Source: a virus. Taken from it: a stretch of 64,000 nt of DNA. Within the stretch, counting starts at the first letter, position 1; the number at the start of each line of letters is the position of its first letter. The notes under the pieces were generated by a model. The model worked only from the letters and a program-made list of their open reading frames with translations, searched no databases and was not told the origin of the DNA. Where the stretch lies: positions 1 through 64,000 of IMG/VR virus record IMGVR_UViG_3300005546_000004; one strand, written 5' to 3'. The position numbers were made by a program, and so were the translations under genes. Positions 17,192-25,145 of this stretch are shown piece after piece.

Positions 17192-17215
17192 AGATGGAGA
17201 GAAGGAGAGGGACAA

Positions 17216-18100
17216 GTGTTCATTACCGTTTTGATCGTTGTACTGTTCGTCCTCGCGATCGGTTGCCTGTTCAAGGGCACCGTCCGGCTCGACGGCGATC
17301 CGTTTCGGATTCGCTGGATCGGCGTCGTGCTACTCGGCGTCGGCTTTCTCGTCCTCGGACTCGCCACGATCGTCGTCGTCCCGACGAAGAACGAGGGCGT
17401 CGTCATCGCGTTTGGCAAGCCCGTCGACACGATCCACAACGGCATCCACGTGGTCGCGCCCTGGGAGGACGTCGCCGACTACGACGCGACGGTTCAGACG
17501 CTGGATATGTCCGGCAACGACGAGACGCCGACGCTGCACGTCCGGATGCTCGCCGGCCGGGCGACCGCCGACGTCAACGTCACGCTCAACTGGCGCCTCG
17601 AGGGCGACATTCAGCAGCTGCACAAGGACTGGCGCGAGTTCTCGCACATCCAGAAGTTCGTCGTCATTCCCCGGCTGCAGGACGCGCTCAACAAGGAGTT
17701 CACGGACTACGATCCGCTCGTCGCGCTGAAGAACGCCGACGCGAAGCCGGTGACGATGTCCGAGATGGAGATCCGCGTCGCCGAGCGGCTGCAGCGTAAC
17801 CTGCCCGCCGGCGTGTTCATCGACCACCTGCAGATTCCCCTGGTTATCTACCCGCCGGTCATCCAGGACGCGTTGAACGCGTACCAGAAGGAGCTCGCCA
17901 ACACGCAGGTGGCATTGCAGCAGAAGTCCACCGCGCAGGCGCAGAAGGACGCGCTGGACATCCTGGCGCAGGCTAGGATGTCGCCCGAGGCGTTCCAGCA
18001 GCAGTGCCTGATCATGACCGAGCGGCTGGCGCAGCAGGGTAAGCAGATTTCGCTGACGTGGTCGTGCGTCGCCGGCGGCGCCGGAGTCGTCGCCAAGTAG
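17216..18100 (+). CDS. SPFH / band-7 (stomatin-prohibitin-HflK/C-like) membrane protein
   Basis: N-terminal TM helix followed by VVPTKNEGVVIAFGKPVDTIHNGIHVVAPWEDV...TVQTLDMSGNDETPTLHV..., matching the SPFH core pattern. GTG start after AGAAGGAGAGGGAC. Confidence 0.7.
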   Translation: MFITVLIVVLFVLAIGCLFKGTVRLDGDPFRIRWIGVVLLGVGFLVLGLATIVVVPTKNEGVVIAFGKPVDTIHNGIHVVAPWEDVADYDATVQTLDMSGNDETPTLHVRMLAGRATADVNVTLNWRLEGDIQQLHKDWREFSHIQKFVVIPRLQDALNKEFTDYDPLVALKNADAKPVTMSEMEIRVAERLQRNLPAGVFIDHLQIPLVIYPPVIQDALNAYQKELANTQVALQQKSTAQAQKDALDILAQARMSPEAFQQQCLIMTERLAQQGKQISLTWSCVAGGAGVVAK

Positions 18101-18201
18101 AACCTCCCTCTTCCATGAGGGTTGGATGGGGTGGTAAGAGAGGCCGGAGCCGCCGCGGAGGTTCCGGCCTCGCCCTAGGCGCGAGCGAGAGTGAGGAAGA
18201 G

Positions 18202-18666
18202 ATGAGCGACGTCATTCAACTGCGCTCCGAGTACATGCGGGCCGCGTTCGGCGACCTGGACTACGTCGCCGAGGAGCTGCGCCACCGGCTGGACGCGGAC
18301 TTTCGCGAACCGATCGTCGTCGACACGCTCGTCGGCACGGGACTGTCCGGCGCGCTGGTCGTACCCGGCGTCGCACGGATCCTGAAGCTGAACTGGGTCG
18401 TCGTCCGGAAGCCGAACGAGGCCAGCCACGCGTCGTACCCGTTCGAGGGAACGCTCGGCCGACGCTGGCTGTTCGTCGACGACCGGGTCGAGACCGGCGC
18501 GACGCTGCGCCGGGTCCGCGAGGCGATCGACGACGGCGCGCGCCGGTACGGACCGATCGACGACACGGTCTTCAGCGTCTACGGCGGACGCCGGCAGCTG
18601 TTCGCGACGACGTTCGTCGGCTACTACGTCTACATGTACGCGCGCCTGAGCCTGCACGAGGATTGA
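18202..18666 (+). CDS. Type I phosphoribosyltransferase (PRTase) domain protein
   Basis: PRPP-binding motif WLFVDDRVETGATL (consensus hhhhDDhhTTGgT). 155 aa. ATG after AGTGAGGAAGAG. Confidence 0.65.
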   Translation: MSDVIQLRSEYMRAAFGDLDYVAEELRHRLDADFREPIVVDTLVGTGLSGALVVPGVARILKLNWVVVRKPNEASHASYPFEGTLGRRWLFVDDRVETGATLRRVREAIDDGARRYGPIDDTVFSVYGGRRQLFATTFVGYYVYMYARLSLHED

Positions 18667-18685
18667 GTAGGTATATGATCGTCCC

Positions 18686-20200
18686 GTGCAGACCAAGACG
18701 CGGGCGCAGCTGTTCGCCGAGCTCGCGGATCCGCCCGAGCGCCGGTGGCGCAACGACCCGATCCGGTGGGCGATCGAGCGCGCCCGGATCGAGATCTGGT
18801 CGAAGCAGCGCGAGATCCTCGAGGCCGTCCGGGACCACCCGCGGGTAGCGATCCCGTCGTGCCACTCCGCGGGTAAGTCGTTCACCATGGGCTGCCTAAC
18901 GTGCTGGTGGCTGGACGTTCACCCGATCGGCGAGGCCCGGGTAATCAGCACGGCGCCGACCTCGAAGCAGGTCGACGCCGTGCTGTGGAATGAGATCAAC
19001 CAGCACCACGCGCGCATCGGCCTGCGCGGCCGCACGAACAAGAACGAGTGGTACTTCGGCCGGTTCATGGCCGGGCTGGGGCGTAAGCCGCCGGACCACG
19101 TCGAGGCCGCCTTCCAGGGACTGCACGCGCTCTACCTGCTGGTGATCTTCGACGAGGCGTACGGCATCCCGAAGCACCTGTGGGACGAAGGCTCGTCGCT
19201 GGCGTCGAACCGCAACGCGCGGATGGTCGCCGTCGGCAACCCGGACGGACCCGGCGAGTTCGCCGAGATCTGCAGGCCGGGCTCCGGTTGGCACGTCATT
19301 CCGATCTCGTACCGGGACACGCCGAACTACACCGGTGAGCAGGTATCGGACCGGCTGCGGGACATGCTGATCTCGCTGGACTGGGTCGAGGACCGCCGCC
19401 GGAAGTGGGGTGAACAGTCGGCGCTGTTCCAGTCCAAGTGTGAGGGCAGGTTTCCGGCCGAGGGTTCGCCGTGGGACGTCATTCCGCACGCGTGGATCGC
19501 CCGGTGCCGTTCGCTGGAGCTGGTCGCCGACGGACCGATCGAGGCCGGCGTCGACGTCGCGGCCGGCAACGACCGCACGGTGGTCACGGTGCGGCGCGGT
19601 CCGGCGGTGCTGCACGTCGAGTGGTTCGTCGACGCGGACCCGATGAAGACCGTCGGCCAGGTCGCCAACGCCCTGCGCGACTGGAAGGTAACCAGCACGA
19701 AGGTCGACTCGATCGGCGTCGGCTGGGGCATCTACGGCCGGCTCAGGGAACTGTCCCGCCGGGTCAGTCCAGACGGCGGGGTGCACGACTCAGACGTGGT
19801 GCCGATCAACGTGTCGCTGGCGCCGACGCCCGGCAACGAGGAGCGGTTCTTGAACCGGCGCGCCGAGATGTGGTGGCTCGGACGGGAGCTGTCGCGCCTG
19901 CAGCGCTGGGACCTGTCGCGGCTGCCGGAGGACCTGCAGGACGACGTCATTCACGAGCTGGCGGCCCCGCGCTACGAGATCCTCGACTCGAAGGGCCGCG
20001 TGAAGATCGAGCCGAAGGACGACATCATTAAGCGACTCGGGGTCTCGCCCGACCTGGCGGAGTCGCTGCTGCTCGCGTTCGTTCCGGCCAACTGGACGGC
20101 CGAGACCAACACGCAGGCGCTGGTCGACGCGCCGAGCCTGCTGGAGTCGCTGTCCGCGTTCGACCAGGTCCACGCCGGCTCGTGGTGGCTGCGCCGGTAG
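18686..20200 (+). CDS. terL: Terminase large subunit
   Basis: ATPase Walker A-like CHSAGKSF; C-terminal nuclease domain (DSIGVGWGIYGRL). 504 aa. A GGGACC-GGAA-GGTCCC hairpin follows the stop. Confidence 0.85.
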   Translation: MQTKTRAQLFAELADPPERRWRNDPIRWAIERARIEIWSKQREILEAVRDHPRVAIPSCHSAGKSFTMGCLTCWWLDVHPIGEARVISTAPTSKQVDAVLWNEINQHHARIGLRGRTNKNEWYFGRFMAGLGRKPPDHVEAAFQGLHALYLLVIFDEAYGIPKHLWDEGSSLASNRNARMVAVGNPDGPGEFAEICRPGSGWHVIPISYRDTPNYTGEQVSDRLRDMLISLDWVEDRRRKWGEQSALFQSKCEGRFPAEGSPWDVIPHAWIARCRSLELVADGPIEAGVDVAAGNDRTVVTVRRGPAVLHVEWFVDADPMKTVGQVANALRDWKVTSTKVDSIGVGWGIYGRLRELSRRVSPDGGVHDSDVVPINVSLAPTPGNEERFLNRRAEMWWLGRELSRLQRWDLSRLPEDLQDDVIHELAAPRYEILDSKGRVKIEPKDDIIKRLGVSPDLAESLLLAFVPANWTAETNTQALVDAPSLLESLSAFDQVHAGSWWLRR

Positions 20201-20253
20201 TCAAACATTTGTCTAGGGGGACCGGAAGGTCCCGCGAAGAGAGGGAGATCGAG

Positions 20254-20463
20254 ATGAGTTGGATCGTGGAAACCGCAGAGCTGAAACCCGGAATGGTCAT
20301 TCGAATGGACGAGGGAGACTTCGAGGTTATCGCGCTAGATCGCGAGAACGCCTACGACAAGTACCTTCCCTGGACAGGGCGAAACGTAGCTACCCGAGCG
20401 ACCGTTACCTTCGCCGAGGCCCGCTACTACGGCGACAACGAGGTTCTTGGTTACGCAGTTTGA
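20254..20463 (+). CDS. hypothetical protein
   Basis: ATG after GAGGGAGATCGAG; followed immediately by hammerhead ribozyme 1. Confidence 0.5.
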   Translation: MSWIVETAELKPGMVIRMDEGDFEVIALDRENAYDKYLPWTGRNVATRATVTFAEARYYGDNEVLGYAV

Positions 20464-20467
20464 AAAA

Positions 20468-20517
20468 GATCGAAACGCCGGGAGGCGTCCACGGTTCAAG
20501 ACCGTGCTGATGAGATC
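20468..20517 (+). ncRNA. Hammerhead ribozyme, type II topology (copy 1)
   Basis: GAUC-GAA-A-[helix III ACGCC-GGGA-GGCGU]-C17-[helix I CACGG-UUCAAGA-CCGUG]-CUGAUGA-GAUC. Conserved core CUGAUGA and GAAA. GUC cleavage triplet. Helix II formed by the terminal GAUC/GAUC. Confidence 0.75.
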
Positions 20518-20536
20518 AAAAGAGACGGAGATCGAG

Positions 20537-20815
20537 ATGAGCTACGACAGAGACGACGTCGAACTGACCGAACTACTCGAGTCGCAGATCGGCGAGGTGC
20601 CCGACACGGGCTCGCCCGAGGTTAGGTACCCGAACGTCACGGTAAAACTGGTCGGCGAGGACGGCAACGCGTTCAACCTGATTGGAGTGGTAGCCCGAAG
20701 GATACGCGTCGCGATCGGCCGCGAGGCTGAGAAGGCGTTTACGACCGAGGCCTTCGACTGCGACTCGTACGACGAGCTGCTCGCCTTCATTCAGCGAACC
20801 GTGATCGTCGAGTAG
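20537..20815 (+). CDS. hypothetical protein
   Basis: ATG after GACGGAGATCGAG; lies between the two hammerhead motifs. Confidence 0.5.
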   Translation: MSYDRDDVELTELLESQIGEVPDTGSPEVRYPNVTVKLVGEDGNAFNLIGVVARRIRVAIGREAEKAFTTEAFDCDSYDELLAFIQRTVIVE

Positions 20816-20822
20816 CAAGACA

Positions 20823-20886
20823 GATCGAAACTCCGATCGCCGGGAGGCAGAGCGGGGTCCACGGCTTGCGGCCGTGCTGACGAGAT
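20823..20886 (+). ncRNA. Hammerhead ribozyme, type II topology (copy 2)
   Basis: GAUC-GAA-A-[extended helix III ACUCC...GCC-GGGA-GGC...GGGGU]-C17-[helix I CACGGC-UUGCG-GCCGUG]-CUGACGA-GAUC. N7 varies (U to C). Helix I is lengthened by a compensatory base pair relative to copy 1. Confidence 0.7.
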
Positions 20887-20908
20887 CGTGAGAGGAGAGT
20901 GAGAGGAG

Positions 20909-21166
20909 ATGCGCGACGGTACGTACTTCCTGATCGAGGCGCTGAGGCGTAACGAGACCGGCACCGTAGAGTGGGCGCTCGTCGCCGGCGACACGCCCGG
21001 CGTTCCGCTCCGACTGACGGACCGGGACGAGGCGATCGTCCGGTGGCGCCGGGCGCGCGGCGACTACCGCGACGTCCGGATCGTTCGGATCGAGATCCGC
21101 GCCGGCGAGCTGGTCGACGAGCGAGTGGTCGACCTGGACGAGCCGCAGTTTAAACTGATCGACTAG
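20909..21166 (+). CDS. hypothetical protein
   Basis: ATG after GAGAGGAGAGTGAGAGGAG. Confidence 0.5.
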   Translation: MRDGTYFLIEALRRNETGTVEWALVAGDTPGVPLRLTDRDEAIVRWRRARGDYRDVRIVRIEIRAGELVDERVVDLDEPQFKLID

Positions 21167-21167
21167 T

Positions 21168-21196
21168 TGCACATAACTCACATGTGAGTTAGAGTA
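21168..21196 (+). promoter_or_regulatory. Sigma-70-like promoter TTGCAC-N17-TAGAGT with a 16-bp perfect palindrome (AACTCACATGTGAGTT) in the spacer (operator candidate)
   Basis: Read directly from sequence: -35 at 21168-21173, -10 at 21191-21196, palindrome at 21176-21191. Confidence 0.5.
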
Positions 21197-21363
21197 GTTC
21201 CTATAAGTGAATGCGCATCGTCAAAATCTACCGACCAGAGGGTCCGCACTGTGCATTCACTTTCTTCGCGCGTCGAAGTTTCTCCGCGCAGATCTCCTCA
21301 GTTTCACCGGTCCGCCACGGGGGCGTCGACCGGCGACGCATCCCAAGCCTGAGGAGGCAAATC

Positions 21364-22089
21364 ATGGAACACCGGACGCAGTCCGCGATATTCCGCACCG
21401 AGTGGGCGAAGAACGCGGCTCGTACCATGCTCGACGTAATCAAGGCGATCACCAAGCGCTCAAAGCTCATCACGGGCCTCGCGCTCGGCGCCTCGACCCC
21501 GCACCAGATGCTCTACCTGATCGCGGCGTGCATCCCTCACATGCACCTAGACAGCTTGCAGGGCAAGCTGGACGCGCTCGGAATGGTACTGATCGCCGTG
21601 GTGGTACCCATCGTGGCGGACCTGACGATCTACACGTGCATCGACACGCTCGGCGCGCAGGCTGCGTCCCGATCGTCCAAGCTCAGGGCACTCCTGTTCA
21701 TGATCATTCCGCTCGGGGCGAGCGGCTACGTCAACTTCCTCGCCCCCGCGCCGATGCTCCTCAAGGGGCTGGCGGCCTTCCTGGTAGCTATGATCATGAT
21801 CGCGCAGGGGCTTCGATTCATCGAGGCCGACTGGCAGCAGCTCGAGGACTTCGAGACTAGGAACGTCGTGATCGAAGACGTACTGGACGAACCCGCGCGG
21901 CCGAAGCGCCCGCCGGTCACGGAGCGAGAGAAGCGGGCCCGCCGGAGGGACTTTTACGACGCGATGACCAACACCGAGAGGTACAAGTGGCGGACCGCGT
22001 GGCGAATCAAGGAGACGGCGCGCCTGGCGCGCGAGGTCGAGGACTCCGTACCGGTCAGCCCGGCACCCGCCGGACTGAGCGTCGAGTAG
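21364..22089 (+). CDS. Polytopic membrane protein with charged C-terminal tail
   Basis: ATG after GAGGAGG. At least 4 hydrophobic helices (LITGLALGA, MVLIAVVVPIVADLTIY, ALLFMIIPLGASGYV, LAAFLVAMIMIAQGL). Confidence 0.55.
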   Translation: MEHRTQSAIFRTEWAKNAARTMLDVIKAITKRSKLITGLALGASTPHQMLYLIAACIPHMHLDSLQGKLDALGMVLIAVVVPIVADLTIYTCIDTLGAQAASRSSKLRALLFMIIPLGASGYVNFLAPAPMLLKGLAAFLVAMIMIAQGLRFIEADWQQLEDFETRNVVIEDVLDEPARPKRPPVTEREKRARRRDFYDAMTNTERYKWRTAWRIKETARLAREVEDSVPVSPAPAGLSVE

Positions 22090-22197
22090 AAGATCGTAGG
22101 GCCCGGGCTTCGGCTCGGGCCCTTCGGCGTTTACGGGCGTGAACGCCTGTGATATAGTAGGTTCTAGGTGGAACAACCGCAGATAGGGAGAACGAAG

Positions 22198-22365
22198 ATG
22201 AGGGACCTCGAGGACCGCTGGGGACGCTGCGACCGTCACGGCGGACTGATCGACGAGTGTGAGTTGCTGTACCGGCCGGCCGCGGACGAGCTGATCTGCG
22301 ACGACTGCGCGGCGGACGAGATCGCCGAGCTCAACGAGCTCGCGCGGCGGGCGGTGAGGTCGTGA
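22198..22365 (+). CDS. small zinc-ribbon protein
   Basis: ATG after GGGAGAACGAAG. C..H..C...C..C pattern in 55 aa. Confidence 0.45.
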   Translation: MRDLEDRWGRCDRHGGLIDECELLYRPAADELICDDCAADEIAELNELARRAVRS

Positions 22366-22820
22366 ACCGGGTGATCGGCCTCCACGGAACCGCGCTGGTG
22401 ACGTGCCCGCAAATGCACTCGCACGGTCTAGTGCCGCTGGACGTCGCGTACGACGCCGAAGAGCCGCTGACGATCGCCCTGGTCGTCACCGACGCGGCGA
22501 ACAAGACCTACGCGTGGCAGCTGTCGCGCAACCTACTGCTCGAGGCAGTCGTCGACGGCGATAAGAACGACTGCGCGGTCGTCGGCCTCGGCGACGTGAC
22601 GTTGAAGGTCCGAACGTCGGATCCGTGCGCGATCACACTGCGGCTGCGGGTCGCCGATCCGAGCCGTCCGCAGCTGCGTAGCTTCGTCTACCTGATCGTC
22701 GATCGCGACCAGCTGCGCAGGTTTGTCCTCGACACGTACGAGGTCGTACCGGCGCACCTCGAGGTCGACCACCTGCCGCTGGACGACGTCGACCGGCTAG
22801 TCGAGGAGGAGTGGAAGTGA
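22362..22820 (+). CDS. SsgA-like protein (SALP; SsgB-like sporulation-specific cell-division protein family)
   Basis: Pattern VAYDAEEPLTIALVV...YAWQLSRNLLLEAV...GDVTLKV...AITLRL..FVYLIVDRDQLRRFVLDTYEVVPAHLE parallels SsgB (YDTADPYAVHATF..WVFARDLLAEGL..GDVRVWP..VALSSP..LESFLKRTDAAVPPGTE). 152 aa. Confidence 0.6.
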   Translation: MNRVIGLHGTALVTCPQMHSHGLVPLDVAYDAEEPLTIALVVTDAANKTYAWQLSRNLLLEAVVDGDKNDCAVVGLGDVTLKVRTSDPCAITLRLRVADPSRPQLRSFVYLIVDRDQLRRFVLDTYEVVPAHLEVDHLPLDDVDRLVEEEWK

Positions 22821-23005
22821 GCCAGCCCCGGGAGTGGCGAGACGCGGCGCTGCGGGTGCACCTCAGCCGCCTGCGGCACCTGCTGCGCATGCTGGCCGTC
22901 GGCGCCTACGACGACTGCGACCCGGCGCTGCTGGAGGAACTCGACGGCTGCGCCGGCGATCTGGTCACCACCGTCCAGGTCGCGCGCAAGGTGATTGGAG
23001 CGTAG
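22817..23005 (+). CDS. hypothetical small protein
   Basis: GTG start overlapping the upstream stop. Confidence 0.35.
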   Translation: MSQPREWRDAALRVHLSRLRHLLRMLAVGAYDDCDPALLEELDGCAGDLVTTVQVARKVIGA

Positions 23006-23034
23006 AAACTTAAAGTAGGCGAGGGAACCGCCAG

Positions 23035-23068
23035 GCCCGCTCGGGTCTGGCGGTTTTTCTTTAGCACC
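23035..23068 (+). terminator. Rho-independent terminator (CCGCCAG-loop-CTGGCGG followed by TTTTTCTTT)
   Basis: Perfect 7-bp GC stem plus U-tract, located between the early/auxiliary block and the morphogenesis block. Confidence 0.7.
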
Positions 23069-23084
23069 GTAGTACGATCTCTCT

Positions 23085-23510
23085 GTGTTGGAAACCCTCC
23101 CGACCTGGCTGCGGCTGCCCCTGCTGCTCGCCCTGCTCGCCGGCGGAACCTACCGGGCAACGCGGATCGTCACGCGCGACAAGCTGCCGTTGATCTGCGT
23201 GCCGCGCGAGTGGTTCGTTCAGCGCTGGGGCGCCTACGAGGACGACCCGACGGCGACGTGGGAGACGCGCCGCGGCCAGCGCCGGGTCTCGATCGGCGGG
23301 TTCAGGACCAACGCGTTTGCGGCGTCGCTCGCGTACCTGTGGGAGTGCGACTGGTGCCTGTCGATCTGGATCGGTTCCGGGCTGACGTACCTAACGTGGC
23401 GCTGGTCCGAAACGATGCTGTGGATGCTCGCGGCGCTGGTCACGTCCGGGTTCACCGGGTTCGCGACGAAGATCGAGACGTACCTCGATAAGAAGACCGA
23501 GTCGAGGTAG
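23085..23510 (+). CDS. membrane protein (Trp/Cys-rich WECDWCLSIWIG motif)
   Basis: 141-aa ORF with hydrophobic N- and C-terminal helices. Confidence 0.5.
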   Translation: MLETLPTWLRLPLLLALLAGGTYRATRIVTRDKLPLICVPREWFVQRWGAYEDDPTATWETRRGQRRVSIGGFRTNAFAASLAYLWECDWCLSIWIGSGLTYLTWRWSETMLWMLAALVTSGFTGFATKIETYLDKKTESR

Positions 23511-23517
23511 GTGACGC

Positions 23518-25143
23518 GTGACCGATCGCATCGGACGCAGCCGCCCGCGCGGCGAGCTGGCGCTGTCCGGCGAAATTCTGCCCGCGGACGTCGTCACCGC
23601 GTCGGCGCAGCTACTGTTCGGCACGGCCCGCGAGTCGTACGCCACCCAGTACCGCACGTGGCAGGACGAACTGTGGAACTACGCCAAGTCCGTCGGCGAG
23701 TACGGCAGCGTCATGGACTGGTTCGCCGCCGGCTGCTCGCGCATGCATCTGGTCGCGGCGCTCCAGCGGCCCGGCCTGCGGGAACCCGAGCCGATCACCG
23801 ACCCGGCGGATCCGGCCGCGCGGCTCATGCACCGGCTGACGATCAACGCCCGCGGCGGCGAAACCCAGTACCTGTACAAGTGGGGCCGGCACCTGGGCAC
23901 GCCCGGCGTCGGCTACTTCGTCGCGTACACGCGCGACGAGGACAACGTCGAGGTGTTCGACGTCAAGTCCGCCAAGCAAATCCGGCGCTCGACGCAGCCG
24001 TTCACCGACCCACGGACCGGCCGCGACGTCCAGGGACGCGACGGCCGCGTCCTGCTCGGCTACGACGTCATGGTCGGCCAGAACGAGTGGCTTAAGCTGC
24101 CCTACTCGCAGCTCGTCGGCCGGATCTACCGCCCCGACGACGAACTGGACTACGAACCGACGTCGTGGTCCCGCGCCGCGCTGACGACGCTGCGCGAGAT
24201 CGACCTGCTGAACCGGCACATCGTCGCGACGCTGCTGTCCCGGCTCGTCTTCAACGGCATCCTGTTCATACCCGACGAGGTCACGTTTCCCGTCAACCCG
24301 CAGTTCAAGGACGCCCCGGATCCGTTCATCGCGGAGCTGCTCGCCGTCGCCTCGCGCGGCATCCGCGACCCGGGTTCGCCCGCCAGCGCGATCCCGTTCC
24401 CGCTGCGCGTCAAGTCCGAATTCATCGAAAAGTTCAAGCACCTGATCATCGCCACCGGCATCGACCCGAAGATCATCGAGGCGCGCGCGGCGGCGATCAC
24501 CAACCTGTCGAAGCAGCTGCCGGCGCCGCCCGAGGCCATGCAGGGCAAGGGCGATCTGAACCACTGGAACGCGTGGAAGGACTCCGAGGACAACGTTAAG
24601 ATGTACTTCGGTCCGACCCTGGAGATCCTCGCCGGCGGGCACACGGACGTCTACCTGCACCCGATGCTGCGCGCCGCCGGCCAGCCGATCGACCGGCCGG
24701 AGGGCCGGGTCATCTGCTGGTACGACGACTCGGACCTGGTCGTCAAGCCCGACAACTCGGAGAACGCCAAGTCCGCCCGCGAGGTCGTCGCCATCCGAAC
24801 GGACGCGTACCTGGAGCAGCTCGGCCTCGACAAGGCCGACAGGCCGTCCAAGTCCGAGCGCCGCGAACTTATCCTGACCGACCTGGCGCGACAGGGACTG
24901 CCGACGCCGGACTCGTACTACCTGCTGTACCCCGAGGACAAGCCGGATCCCGTCGACGTAGCGACCGACGCCGCCGCCCGGGCCGGCCAGCTAGATCCGG
25001 CGACCGGGCGTCCCGCGATTCCCGCTGGCCCCGGGCAGCAGCCGGGACGCCCGGGCGCCGACCAGTCCAACGTCCGCGAGCAGGCGCCGTCGACGGGCCG
25101 AGGCACGCCGTCGCGGCCGCCGCAGCCTCCCCGAGGAGGTTAG
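23518..25143 (+). CDS. Portal protein
   Basis: 541-aa protein placed between terminase and head-morphogenesis genes; acidic Pro/Gln-rich C-terminal tail typical of actinophage portals. Confidence 0.75.
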   Translation: MTDRIGRSRPRGELALSGEILPADVVTASAQLLFGTARESYATQYRTWQDELWNYAKSVGEYGSVMDWFAAGCSRMHLVAALQRPGLREPEPITDPADPAARLMHRLTINARGGETQYLYKWGRHLGTPGVGYFVAYTRDEDNVEVFDVKSAKQIRRSTQPFTDPRTGRDVQGRDGRVLLGYDVMVGQNEWLKLPYSQLVGRIYRPDDELDYEPTSWSRAALTTLREIDLLNRHIVATLLSRLVFNGILFIPDEVTFPVNPQFKDAPDPFIAELLAVASRGIRDPGSPASAIPFPLRVKSEFIEKFKHLIIATGIDPKIIEARAAAITNLSKQLPAPPEAMQGKGDLNHWNAWKDSEDNVKMYFGPTLEILAGGHTDVYLHPMLRAAGQPIDRPEGRVICWYDDSDLVVKPDNSENAKSAREVVAIRTDAYLEQLGLDKADRPSKSERRELILTDLARQGLPTPDSYYLLYPEDKPDPVDVATDAAARAGQLDPATGRPAIPAGPGQQPGRPGADQSNVREQAPSTGRGTPSRPPQPPRGG

Positions 25144-25145
25144 AC

